Positions 1 to 10,109 of a stretch of 64,000 bases of DNA are shown piece by piece. A program made the position numbers and the translations under genes. The stretch covers positions 1 to 64,000 of the forward strand of contig JAIPGM010000005.1 in assembly GCA_021735655.1 (NCBI GenBank), given 5' to 3'. Positions within the stretch are counted from its first letter, which is position 1. Each line of letters begins with the position of its first letter. The stretch comes from Candidatus Omnitrophota bacterium. Its GTDB lineage: Bacteria > Omnitrophota > Gorgyraeia > Duberdicusellales > 4484-171. The notes under the pieces are model-generated. The model was given only the letters and a program-made list of their open reading frames with translations. It had not been told where the DNA came from and did not search any database.

Positions 1-141
1 GGTATTTGAAGATTTTAGTAATTTTAAATTACAATCTGATAAAAAAGTTTACCATTTATCTCCAGCCTAATGTAGGGCTTGCGATAAATGGCTTGATATT
101 TTGAGAGTAGAATATACTGGACAATTAACATAGGAGGAAAT

Positions 142-1677
142 ATGGCTAGAGAATACTTAACCCCTACTGAAGCAGCTAAGATACTTAACCTATCACGCCA
201 AGCAGTAATTGAACGAATTAAGGCTGGTTCGCTTTATGCTGAACGGGTTGGTAAACGCTACATCATCCCCCGGAATCAACTCCCTTCTGAAAACGAGACT
301 TTAAACATCAAGAAACCAGCTGAAATCGGAATTTCTCTAAATAAAAAATCGCGAAAAGAGGCTATCAAAAAAGTCTTAGACAAAATAGCCAAAGATAACA
401 TCAGAACAATCCAACTTTGGTTTGTTGATATCTTAGGAATATTAAAGTGTGTCTCAATAACTCAAGGTGAATTAAAGGAAGCCCTTGATCACGGCAAAGG
501 CTTTGATGGCTCGTCAGTGACCGGATTCGCTGAAGCCCAAGAATCCGATATCCTCGCTTTGCCTGATCCCTATACTTTTAAAGTATTGCCTTGGACAGCA
601 AAAGACAATCCAATTGCCAGGATGTTTTGTGATATTTTAAATACTGACTCAACTCCCTATGCCGGAGACCCCCGTTATGTTCTAAAGCGATCTTTGGCCC
701 GAGCTGAGAAACTGGGGCTTACTTTCTTTGTCGGACCGGAGTTAGAATATTTTTATTTCAAATCCGACAAAAAACCAGAAGTAATCGACGAAGGGTCATA
801 TTTTGAACTAATCCCTAATGATCTCGCTGATGTCTTAAGAAACAAAACCGTACGAATACTAGAAGAAATGGGCATTGAAATGGAAGCAACCCACCATGAG
901 GTAGCCCCTTCCCAACATGAAATAGATCCCAAATATAACGACGCCCTTACCATGGCTGATAATGTAATGACCTGTAAATACGTAATCAAGGAAATTGCCC
1001 AACAAAACGGGGTTTATGCAACTTTTATGCCTAAACCTCTATTCGGTGAAAATGGCTCTGGCATGCATGTTCATCAATCACTTTTCAAAGGCGAAAAGAA
1101 CGCCTTTTTTGATAAAAAAGATAAACACCATTTGTCAGCTATAGCTAAAAATTTCATTGCCGGTGAGCTTAAGCATGCGCGAGAAATATCCTCGCTTACC
1201 GCTCAATGGGTAAATTCCTACAAAAGATTGGTCTCCGGTTATGAAGCACCAGTCTATGCCTCCTGGGCTCAAAAGAACCGTACTGCTCTATTAAGGGTTC
1301 CTCTCTATCGACCAGGCAACGAAAAGGCAACTCGAGTCGAATTGCGCTGTCCAGATCCGGCCTGTAACCCTTACCTTGCTTTTGCCGTAATGCTGGCAGC
1401 CGGACTAGAAGGAATCGAAAAAAAATACGAAATTCCTGCACCGGTTGAACCAAACATCTATCATATGGCCATGGAAGAAAGAGAAAGACGAGGATTGACT
1501 TCTCTACCGGGGAATCTCTTTGAAGCAATTATCGAAACAGAAAAAAGTAGCTTCGTAAAAGACACCCTCGGTGAACATATCTTCAATCGTTTCTTATTCA
1601 ATAAGAAGAAAGAATGGGAAGAATACCGTACTCAAATCACCGAACACGAAATTAAAAAGTATTTACCTTTACTTTAA
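142..1677 (+). CDS. Glutamine synthetase type I paralog with a ~70-aa N-terminal excisionase/MerR-like HTH extension.
   Basis: 511-aa ORF. Strong RBS (taggaggaaat) before the ATG. N-terminus LTPTEAAKILNLSRQAVIERIKAGSLYAERVGKRYIIP matches the excisionase-family HTH pattern. The rest is full-length GS-I (DGSS, MPKPLFGENGSGMHVHQSL, NPYLAFA motifs), about 60 % identical to the second glnA in this window. Confidence 0.85.
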   Translation: MAREYLTPTEAAKILNLSRQAVIERIKAGSLYAERVGKRYIIPRNQLPSENETLNIKKPAEIGISLNKKSRKEAIKKVLDKIAKDNIRTIQLWFVDILGILKCVSITQGELKEALDHGKGFDGSSVTGFAEAQESDILALPDPYTFKVLPWTAKDNPIARMFCDILNTDSTPYAGDPRYVLKRSLARAEKLGLTFFVGPELEYFYFKSDKKPEVIDEGSYFELIPNDLADVLRNKTVRILEEMGIEMEATHHEVAPSQHEIDPKYNDALTMADNVMTCKYVIKEIAQQNGVYATFMPKPLFGENGSGMHVHQSLFKGEKNAFFDKKDKHHLSAIAKNFIAGELKHAREISSLTAQWVNSYKRLVSGYEAPVYASWAQKNRTALLRVPLYRPGNEKATRVELRCPDPACNPYLAFAVMLAAGLEGIEKKYEIPAPVEPNIYHMAMEERERRGLTSLPGNLFEAIIETEKSSFVKDTLGEHIFNRFLFNKKKEWEEYRTQITEHEIKKYLPLL

Positions 1678-2795
1678 AAATACTTTTCTAAAATAATTTT
1701 TACTCTTTCAGCGATAGCCAAGCAAGCGGTTAAGCCGGGAGATTCAATGCCAATCAAGTTAATAAAACCCGGTAGGCCTTTTTGGCTTTCTTCAGAAATC
1801 ACAAAATCCCTGAAAGCTTCATCCTCCTTCTGCAATTTAGCCCTTACCCCAACTGTATCCGGTATTAAATCTTCAAGTTCTAAAGACGGTAAGATTTTTT
1901 TTACTGAATTGTAAAAATTGACCTTGTCAGTTTCATCGATATTGTAGTCAATTTCTGAAATATACTTTGCATCCGGACCCAAGCGTAATCCGCCGACTAG
2001 ATCCGGAGTAACATGAATACCTAAGTCTATCTTTGTTGCCGGTGGGTAAACTAAATGCTTTATTGAAAACTTCTCAGGCTTCTTAATTCTAAAGTATTGC
2101 CCTTTACAGTAGCTAAGTTTGTAGTTTTCAGCTTGAATATTAATTCCTGCCATTTCTGCTATTTTATCAGAACAAAGACCAGCAGCATTAACTACTATTT
2201 TACTTTCAAAGGAAAAAGACTCTCCGTTAGGCTCTTTTACCATAACTTTATAGCCAGAACTCTGCTTATCAATTCCAACAACTTCAGTCAAAAAAGAAAA
2301 AGTTACCCCTTGTTGCTTAGCTCGATTATAAAGAAAATTCATTAAACCATGAGAATCTATTATTCCAGAGTTAGGAGAAAAAAGGACTTTTTTGGCTCGA
2401 ACTTGTGGCTCTAAGCGACATAATTCGGCTGGATCTAAAAAGTTTAAATTCTTAACTCCACTATTTAAAGCATTGTCATAAATTGCTTCTATTTTTTGAA
2501 CTTCATCTTGGTTGCAAGCAACAACTAACTTTCCTAAACGCTTAAAAGAGATGCCTTGTTCTAGGCATAACTGATACAAAAGCTTGTTGCCTTGAATGCA
2601 GGTTTGAGCTTTTAACGATCCTGACCGGTAATAGAGGCCGGAATGGATTACTTCGGAATTTCGTGAGCTTGACTCCTGTCCGAAAGAATCATTCTTTTCG
2701 ATAGCAACAATATTTTGGTTAAACTTAGAAAGCTGAGAAGCTATGCTTAGGCCAACGACCCCGGCTCCAATTATGGTAATATCATTCTGCTGCAT
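1674..2795 (-). CDS. FAD-dependent oxidoreductase, L-2-hydroxyglutarate oxidase/dehydrogenase (LhgO)-like.
   Basis: N-terminal GAGVVG dinucleotide-binding motif. Family-level similarity to the LhgO / glycerol-3-P dehydrogenase-like flavoprotein fold. Its stop is convergent with and overlaps the stop of the fused GS. Confidence 0.7.
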   Translation of the reverse strand: MQQNDITIIGAGVVGLSIASQLSKFNQNIVAIEKNDSFGQESSSRNSEVIHSGLYYRSGSLKAQTCIQGNKLLYQLCLEQGISFKRLGKLVVACNQDEVQKIEAIYDNALNSGVKNLNFLDPAELCRLEPQVRAKKVLFSPNSGIIDSHGLMNFLYNRAKQQGVTFSFLTEVVGIDKQSSGYKVMVKEPNGESFSFESKIVVNAAGLCSDKIAEMAGINIQAENYKLSYCKGQYFRIKKPEKFSIKHLVYPPATKIDLGIHVTPDLVGGLRLGPDAKYISEIDYNIDETDKVNFYNSVKKILPSLELEDLIPDTVGVRAKLQKEDEAFRDFVISEESQKGLPGFINLIGIESPGLTACLAIAERVKIILEKYF

Positions 2796-2837
2796 TTTCC
2801 TTATTATAATCGAAAAATGGTAGAAACAAAATAGTAA

Positions 2838-4436
2838 TTACCGCTTGAGCAAGGCAGCCTTAATGAAATCCCTAAATAAAGGGTGAGCAGAGTCAGGTTT
2901 AGATTTAAATTCAGGATGGAACTGGCAAGCTACAAACCAAGGATGGTTTTTTAATTCAATTATCTCAACTAAATTCTTTTGAGGATTAATCCCTGAAAAA
3001 ATCATACCTGCCTTTTCCATTAAATCTCTATATTTATTATTAAACTCATAACGATGTCGATGGCGTTCAGAAATTTTTTCTTTCTTATAGGCCTTGTAAA
3101 CTGTCTCTTTTTTCTTCAAGCAACAATCGTAAGCACCCAAACGCATCGTTGCCCCCTTGTCGCTTAGCATCTTTTGATTTTCAAGTATTGAAATAACCGG
3201 ATATTTAGTATTTTTATTAAACTCTGAAGAATTTGCATTTTTCAGTCCACAAACATTACGCGCAAATTCAATTGCTGCCGTCTGCATCCCTAAACATATG
3301 CCTAAAAAAGGAATTTTATTTTCCCGGGCGAATTTAACTGCTTTGATCTTTCCTTCGATGCCACGGTTACCAAAACCACCCGGGATTAAAATTCCTTTAA
3401 CTTCTTTTAAATATTTCAAAGCATCTTTCTTTTCAATATCTTCAGAGTCAACTTTCTTTATCGAAAGTTTTACGTTATTCTCAATTGCCCCATGGACTAA
3501 GGCCTCATAAATTGACTTATAGGCATCCTGGAGGGCTATATATTTTCCAACAACTGCAATTTCAACCTTTTTTGTCGGAGATTTAACTCTCTTAAGCATC
3601 TTAATCCAATCGGTCAAGTTATCTTCTGGACATTTTAGATTAAGTAACCTAATAATTAACCTGTCTAGTCCCTCCTTCTTGAAAGCAACCGGAACCTCAT
3701 AAATACTTTTTACATCAATAGCAGTAACCACCGCCTCCTTATCGACATTACAAAAAAGAGAAATTTTTTCCCGTGCCTCTTTATTGAGATTTCTTTCGGT
3801 TCTGCAAACAATAATATCGGGAATAATTCCTATCTCACGAAGTTTACCAACACTATGTTGGGTCGGTTTAGTTTTAATCTCTCCGGCCGACTTTATATAA
3901 GGAACTAATGTTACATGGATGTTAATTGCATAGTCGCGACCTAAATCAAGTCGCAGCTGTCTAATTGCCTCCAGGAAAGGGAGTCCCTCGATATCCCCTA
4001 CAGTCCCTCCGATTTCAACAATTACAACATCAACCTGCTGTTTGGTGGCAACTTTGATAATACCTTTTTTTATCTCATCGGTTATGTGAGGAATAATCTG
4101 AACAGTTTTTCCTAAATAATCACCGTGTCTCTCTTTGGAAATAACCGAGTAATATATTTTTCCAGTAGTAATATTATTATCTTTGGTTAACTTAGAATTA
4201 GTAAAACGTTCATAGTGTCCTAGATCTAAATCAGTCTCTGCTCCGTCGTCGGTAACGTAAACCTCTCCGTGTTGAAAAGGATTCATGGTCCCCGGATCAA
4301 CATTAATATAAGGATCACACTTGATAATTGTGACTTTAAGCCCCCGGGATTCAAGAAGCTTGCCAATTGCAGCCGCAGCAATCCCCTTGCCTAAACTCGA
4401 TACGACACCACCGGTAATAAAAATATATTTTGCCAT
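2838..4436 (-). CDS. pyrG: CTP synthase.
   Basis: N-terminus [18 protein letters not shown]...[13 protein letters not shown] and C-terminal GATase domain (GICLGMQ, HPEF) are canonical PyrG. Confidence 0.95.
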   Translation of the reverse strand: MAKYIFITGGVVSSLGKGIAAAAIGKLLESRGLKVTIIKCDPYINVDPGTMNPFQHGEVYVTDDGAETDLDLGHYERFTNSKLTKDNNITTGKIYYSVISKERHGDYLGKTVQIIPHITDEIKKGIIKVATKQQVDVVIVEIGGTVGDIEGLPFLEAIRQLRLDLGRDYAINIHVTLVPYIKSAGEIKTKPTQHSVGKLREIGIIPDIIVCRTERNLNKEAREKISLFCNVDKEAVVTAIDVKSIYEVPVAFKKEGLDRLIIRLLNLKCPEDNLTDWIKMLKRVKSPTKKVEIAVVGKYIALQDAYKSIYEALVHGAIENNVKLSIKKVDSEDIEKKDALKYLKEVKGILIPGGFGNRGIEGKIKAVKFARENKIPFLGICLGMQTAAIEFARNVCGLKNANSSEFNKNTKYPVISILENQKMLSDKGATMRLGAYDCCLKKKETVYKAYKKEKISERHRHRYEFNNKYRDLMEKAGMIFSGINPQKNLVEIIELKNHPWFVACQFHPEFKSKPDSAHPLFRDFIKAALLKR

Positions 4437-5812
4437 TACCTCCTCCTTTCTAAAGATCGTTTAGAAAACTTTTTAGGAATTTTTGTCGGATATTTACCAC
4501 TAAAACAAGCTGCGCAAAACTTATCTTTCTCCAAAGGCATAGATTTTAACATACCCTCAAGGCTTAGATACTCCAAACTGTCTAAACCGATAAATTTTTT
4601 AACCTCTTCAATCGTACGACTCGAAGCTATTAACTCTTTCTTTGTCGGAAAGTCTATCCCATAAAAACAAGGTGATATGATTGGCGGGCAACTTACCCGC
4701 ATGTGGATTTCTTTAGCCCCGAACTCCCGTAAAGTTCTCACTCGACTCTTGGAAGTTGTTCCTCGAACAATTGAATCCTCAATAACTACTATTCTTTTAC
4801 CTTTCAAAACATCTCTAATCGGATTAAGCTTCACTCTAACTCTAAAATCTCTAATATATTGAGACGGTTGAATGAAAGTTCGTCCAATGTAATGATTACG
4901 AATCATGCCAACCTCCAAGGGTATACCGCTTTCTTCAGCATAACCCATAGCTGCATAGTTTCCCGAATCAGGAACCGGCATCACTATATCAGCGTCTACC
5001 GAGCATTCTTGGGCAAGTTGTCTACCTAACTGTTTACGCGCTAGATAAACGTTGTTGCCAAAAATATTGCTATCCGGCCTGGCAAAATAAATATATTCAA
5101 AAATACATGACGCTTGATTGCTTTTAGCAAATGGCTTTACCGACTCCAAACTATCTTTTTTTATAAATACTACCTCACCCGGGGCAACATCTCTAACATA
5201 AGTAGCACCAATTAAATCTAAAGCACATGTTTCGCTAGCTAACACATAAACTCCATCAAGTTTTCCTAAGCAGAGTGGACGAAATCCCTGAGGATCTCTT
5301 GCTCCAACTAAAACATCATCCACCATTAATGTTAACGAATAGGCCCCAGCAAGTTTAGAAAGAACTTCAATAACTTTATCTTTAGTACTTTTATTGGACG
5401 ATTTAGCTAAAAGATGGACAATCACCTCTGAATCCATGGTGCTTTGGAAAATAGAACCCTTCTCTTCTAACTCCTTGCGCAAAACTGAAGTATTGGTGAG
5501 ATTCCCATTATGAGCAATAGCTATGTGGCCTTTTTTATGATTAACCAAGAAAGGTTGAATATTTTTAGAAATGCTTGATCCGGTCGTTGAATAACGGACA
5601 TGTCCGACAGCTACATCTCCCCGCAGAGCTTTTATTGCTCGTTCATCAAAAACATCACCAACCAAACCCATAGCCTTATGATATCTGACTCGCCGTCCGT
5701 CATAAGTAACCACCCCGCAGCTTTCTTCGCCACGATGCTGAAGTGCATACAATCCTAAATAAGCCAAACGCGAAGCATCTTTATGTCCAATAACACCAAA
5801 TATTCCACACAT
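4436..5812 (-). CDS. purF: Amidophosphoribosyltransferase.
   Basis: MCGIFGV N-terminal nucleophile Cys and PRTase domain. One-nucleotide overlap with pyrG. Confidence 0.95.
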   Translation of the reverse strand: MCGIFGVIGHKDASRLAYLGLYALQHRGEESCGVVTYDGRRVRYHKAMGLVGDVFDERAIKALRGDVAVGHVRYSTTGSSISKNIQPFLVNHKKGHIAIAHNGNLTNTSVLRKELEEKGSIFQSTMDSEVIVHLLAKSSNKSTKDKVIEVLSKLAGAYSLTLMVDDVLVGARDPQGFRPLCLGKLDGVYVLASETCALDLIGATYVRDVAPGEVVFIKKDSLESVKPFAKSNQASCIFEYIYFARPDSNIFGNNVYLARKQLGRQLAQECSVDADIVMPVPDSGNYAAMGYAEESGIPLEVGMIRNHYIGRTFIQPSQYIRDFRVRVKLNPIRDVLKGKRIVVIEDSIVRGTTSKSRVRTLREFGAKEIHMRVSCPPIISPCFYGIDFPTKKELIASSRTIEEVKKFIGLDSLEYLSLEGMLKSMPLEKDKFCAACFSGKYPTKIPKKFSKRSLERRR

Positions 5813-5833
5813 TTTATTATTTCACTCCTTTTG

Positions 5834-8800
5834 TCAGCTAATATATTCCTGTATTGATTTAACTCCTAATTCACCCTTTAGCGCCGACTCTATACCATTA
5901 ACTGCTGCCTGGGCACCCTGAATCGTAGTGATACAAGGAATTCCATACATTACTGCCATGCTCCTTATCGATTTCATATCTGACTGACCTCTTTGGCCAG
6001 AAGGTGTATTTATTATTAATTTTATTTCGCCGCTCTTAATTAAATCCAATAATTGGCCATCGCCTTCGCTAATTTTTCCAACCTCTTTGGCTAAGATATC
6101 GTTGGAACGAAAAACTTTACAAGTGCCCCTGGTTGCCAATATTTTAAACTTCATATCCTTTAGCTTCTTAGCTATAAAAACAATACTTCTTTTATCGTCA
6201 TTTTTAACACTTATAAATATTTTTCCTTCTAACGGCAAAGCTTGACCAGCTGCTACCTGTGACTTATAAAAAGAAGCTCCGAAAGAACTATCTATACCCA
6301 TAACCTCACCGGTTGACTTCATTTCAGGGCCCAGGAGTATGTCTACTCCGGAAAACCTTGAGAATGGCAAAACCGACTCTTTTACCCCACAATGGAAAAT
6401 TTCCTTCTCCTGAGTAAAACCAATTTCATTCAATGTCTGACCAACCATAACCCTAGCAGCAATCTTAGCTAAGGCTACTCCAGTAACTTTACTCACGAAA
6501 GGTATTGTTCTTGAAGCCCGCGGATTTACTTCCAAAACATAAACGATATCGCCTTTTACGGCAAACTGGATATTAATTAACCCACAAACTTTCAATTCCT
6601 TTGCTAAAAGATGTGTATGTTTTCTTATTGTCCCTATAATTTCATCACTCAACGTGTGTGGCGGAATAACACAGGCTGAATCTCCAGAATGAACACCAGC
6701 CTCCTCAATATGCTCCATAATGCCACCGATAACCGTATCTTTTCCATCAGAAACAGCATCCACATCTACCTCCACTGCATCTTCCAAAAATTTATCAATC
6801 AATATCGGGCGGCCTCCCGAAATATTAACTGCCCCTTTGACAAATTGATCTAAAGATTTTTCATCATAAACTATCTTCATTGATCTTCCACCTAATACAT
6901 AAGAAGGTCTAACTAAAATTGGATAACCGATTTCTTTAGCTATCTTTCGGGCAGATTCTTTTGAAATAGCTGATCCGTTTGGTGGTTGGTTAAGGCCCAA
7001 ATCTTTTATTAATTCCGAAAACTTATCTCTATCCTCGGCTCGGTCAATAGAAGATACTGCTGTACCAATAATTGGCGCACCAGCCGCCTCCAATTTTTTA
7101 GCTAGATTAAGCGGAGTCTGACCGCCCAATTGCACTATTACCCCTTGAGGCTTCTCCTTTTCGATAATATTCATTACATCCTCAAAGGTCAATGGCTCAA
7201 AATAAAGCTTATCCGATGTATCGTAATCGGTTGAAACTGTCTCAGGATTCGAATTAACCATAATTGTTTCAAATCCAGCCTCCCTAAGCGCAAACGCAGC
7301 ATGACAACAGCAATAATCAAATTCTATGCCTTGCCCAATACGATTAGGCCCACCACCCAAAATCATTATTTTTTTGTTCTGAGAAACTCTAGTCTCATCT
7401 TCAGTCTCATAAGTAGAATAATAATATGGTGTATAGGCCTCGAACTCGGCCGCACAGGTATCAACCAACTTAAAAGTAGCGGTAACGCCTTTTTCTTTTC
7501 GTAACTTATTTATCGATAACTCATCCGACCCAATCAAATCAGCTATCTGGCGATCACTAAATCCGTACTGCTTGACCTTCTTTAAAAAAACAGCATTTAG
7601 ATCTTTATTGCTTTTAATTTCTTCCTCAAGCTCAACAATCTGCTTTATGTTATCGATAAACCAAAGGTCTATACCCGTCTGTTCAACAATATCATCCAAC
7701 TGCCAGCCTTTCTGAATAGCGTACTTAATATAAAATATTCTTGAGGCATTTGGCTCTTTTAACCTTAAGCTGATTTTCTCATCGGAAACTTCTTTATAAT
7801 CTGACTTGTTGTCCAGCCCGGTATGGCCAATCTCTAATCCTCGCAAACCTTTTTGAAGGGCTTCCTTAAAAGTTCGACCAATAGCCATAGTTTCTCCGAC
7901 TGACTTCATTGATATCCCCAAAATATCCTTTGCCTCGGGAAACTTTTCAAAAGTAAAACGGGGAATTTTAACTACACAGTAATCTATCACCGGCTCAAAT
8001 GAAGCCGGGGTTTCTTTAGTAATATCGTTTTTAATTTCATCCAGGGTATAGCCCACCGCTAGCTTAGCAGCAAACTTTGCTATCGGAAAACCAGTAGCCT
8101 TACTCGCTAGAGCTGAACTGCGTGAAACTCTCGGGTTCATCTCAATAACTACCATTCTTCCATCTTTAGGGTTGACCGCAAATTGAATATTTGAACCGCC
8201 GGTTTCAACGCCGATGGCTCGAATTATATCAATAGAGGCATCGCGCATTTTTTGATATTCTTTATCAGTTAAGGTTTGAGTCGGAGCCACAGTAATTGAG
8301 TCCCCGGTATGAATGCCCATCGGGTCAAAATTCTCTATCGAACAAACTATAACTACATTATCTTTTTTATCACGCATAACTTCTAATTCATACTCTTTCC
8401 AACCAACGATAGACTCCTCAATAAGGATTTCACTAATCATACTGTTATTTAAGCCTAAAGCGGCTATTTCTTCAAATTGTTTTTGGGTGGTAGCGATGCC
8501 TCCTCCAGTTCCACCAAGAGTAAAGCTGGGCCTAATTATCACTGGCAAGCCTATGGCTTTAACCGCTTCTTTTGCTTCTTTGATGTTGTAAGCTAAGGCA
8601 CTCTTAGGTAAATCCAGCCCAATCTCCTGCATTGTTTTTTTAAAAATTTCCCTGTCTTCAGCCTTTTTTATAGCTTCGCAATCGGCACCAATCATCTTAA
8701 CTCCATACCTGTCTAAAATTCCCTGTTCGAAAACCTTCATCGCCGTATTTAGCCCGGTTTGACCACCTAAGGTAGGTAATAATGCATCCGGAGACTCTTT

Positions 8801-9037
8801 CTTGATGATTTTTTCGACTATCTCGGGAGTTATCGGTTCAATATAGGTTGCATCAGCCATTTGTGGATCAGTCATGATCGTGGCTGGATTAGAGTTAAGA
8901 AGAACCACCTTAAAACCTTCTTCTTTTAAAGCCTTGCAAGCTTGAGCCCCAGAATAGTCAAACTCGCAAGCTTGACCAATTATTATTGGCCCAGAACCAA
9001 TGATTAAAATTTTTTTAATATCCTCTCTTTTAGGCAT
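5834..9037 (-). CDS. carB: Carbamoyl-phosphate synthase large subunit.
   Basis: 1067 aa with duplicated ATP-grasp halves and an MGS-like C-terminus; canonical CarB motifs. Confidence 0.95.
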   Translation of the reverse strand: MPKREDIKKILIIGSGPIIIGQACEFDYSGAQACKALKEEGFKVVLLNSNPATIMTDPQMADATYIEPITPEIVEKIIKKESPDALLPTLGGQTGLNTAMKVFEQGILDRYGVKMIGADCEAIKKAEDREIFKKTMQEIGLDLPKSALAYNIKEAKEAVKAIGLPVIIRPSFTLGGTGGGIATTQKQFEEIAALGLNNSMISEILIEESIVGWKEYELEVMRDKKDNVVIVCSIENFDPMGIHTGDSITVAPTQTLTDKEYQKMRDASIDIIRAIGVETGGSNIQFAVNPKDGRMVVIEMNPRVSRSSALASKATGFPIAKFAAKLAVGYTLDEIKNDITKETPASFEPVIDYCVVKIPRFTFEKFPEAKDILGISMKSVGETMAIGRTFKEALQKGLRGLEIGHTGLDNKSDYKEVSDEKISLRLKEPNASRIFYIKYAIQKGWQLDDIVEQTGIDLWFIDNIKQIVELEEEIKSNKDLNAVFLKKVKQYGFSDRQIADLIGSDELSINKLRKEKGVTATFKLVDTCAAEFEAYTPYYYSTYETEDETRVSQNKKIMILGGGPNRIGQGIEFDYCCCHAAFALREAGFETIMVNSNPETVSTDYDTSDKLYFEPLTFEDVMNIIEKEKPQGVIVQLGGQTPLNLAKKLEAAGAPIIGTAVSSIDRAEDRDKFSELIKDLGLNQPPNGSAISKESARKIAKEIGYPILVRPSYVLGGRSMKIVYDEKSLDQFVKGAVNISGGRPILIDKFLEDAVEVDVDAVSDGKDTVIGGIMEHIEEAGVHSGDSACVIPPHTLSDEIIGTIRKHTHLLAKELKVCGLINIQFAVKGDIVYVLEVNPRASRTIPFVSKVTGVALAKIAARVMVGQTLNEIGFTQEKEIFHCGVKESVLPFSRFSGVDILLGPEMKSTGEVMGIDSSFGASFYKSQVAAGQALPLEGKIFISVKNDDKRSIVFIAKKLKDMKFKILATRGTCKVFRSNDILAKEVGKISEGDGQLLDLIKSGEIKLIINTPSGQRGQSDMKSIRSMAVMYGIPCITTIQGAQAAVNGIESALKGELGVKSIQEYIS

Positions 9038-10109
9038 AACTCTTTATCATTGAAATGAATTCATCGAATAAATATTCAGCATCATGCGGACCGGGCGAAC
9101 TTTCAGGATGAAATTGAACTGAAAATAACGGCAAGCTTTTGTGACGCAACCCTTCAAGGGTATTATCATTAAGGTTAACCTGCGTTACTTCTATTGATTC
9201 GCAATCTAAAGAATTAATGTCAACGCAAAACCCATGATTTTGTGCCGTTATTGAAACTTTACCGGTTTTTAAATCCTTAACTGGATGATTTCCACCATGA
9301 TGACCAAATTTAAGTTTGTAGGTTCTGCCACCCAAAGCCTGACCAAGTATCTGATGCCCAAAACAAATTCCAAAAAGCGGAACTTTACCGATCAGCCCCT
9401 TTACTGTATCAACAAGATAAGTAACGGCCGAAGGGTCTCCCGGACCATTAGAAAGTAACACTCCGTCAGGTTTAATTTTAAAAATTTCGTCTAAAGCGAT
9501 ACTTGCCGGCACAACCGTTACCTTGCAATTCCTCTCACTTAATTTCCTTAAGCTGTTCAGTTTTAAACCGCAGTCAATAACAACTATCTTAAATTTTCCC
9601 TTATCACTCCAAACCCAAGGCTCCTTACAGGTAACCTCTTTTACCAAATCAATACCGATTAACCCTTTTGATTCTCTAGCCCGCTTAACTAAAATTTGGT
9701 CACTACAATTTTCAGTTGAAATCACCGCTTTCATCGCTCCCTTAAGTCTTATTTGTCGCGTAAGGGCTCTAGTATCAAAACCTTCAATGCCAATTACATC
9801 ATTCTCAGTCAAATAATCCGGAAGGCTCTGGGTAGCACGCCAATTACTATAAACCCTGCTGCATTCGCGCACTAAAAACCCTTCCAAAAATGGCTTCTTT
9901 GATTCAACATCACCAGGATTAATTCCATAATTACCAATTAAAGGATAAGTCATTAAAACAATTTGCCCTTTATAGGAAGGATCGGTAATTATCTCCTGAT
10001 AACCACTTAAGCTGGTATTGAAAACTACTTCACCACTCCTTTCCCCCGAACCAGAGAAGCAATCTCCTTGGAAAATAATTCCATTTTCAAGAGCTATTCG
10101 AGCTTTCAC
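9030..10109 (-). CDS. carA: Carbamoyl-phosphate synthase small (glutaminase) subunit.
   Basis: CPSase_sm N-domain plus GATase1 (GICFGHQ, HPE). Eight-nucleotide overlap with carB. Confidence 0.95.
   Translation of the reverse strand: MKARIALENGIIFQGDCFSGSGERSGEVVFNTSLSGYQEIITDPSYKGQIVLMTYPLIGNYGINPGDVESKKPFLEGFLVRECSRVYSNWRATQSLPDYLTENDVIGIEGFDTRALTRQIRLKGAMKAVISTENCSDQILVKRARESKGLIGIDLVKEVTCKEPWVWSDKGKFKIVVIDCGLKLNSLRKLSERNCKVTVVPASIALDEIFKIKPDGVLLSNGPGDPSAVTYLVDTVKGLIGKVPLFGICFGHQILGQALGGRTYKLKFGHHGGNHPVKDLKTGKVSITAQNHGFCVDINSLDCESIEVTQVNLNDNTLEGLRHKSLPLFSVQFHPESSPGPHDAEYLFDEFISMIKSYA

Noticed and set aside
753-1528. Minus-strand ORFs (78 and 110 aa) inside the HTH-GS gene.
   Set aside because: They are antisense to a well-supported, conserved GS coding frame, have low-complexity composition, and have no RBS.
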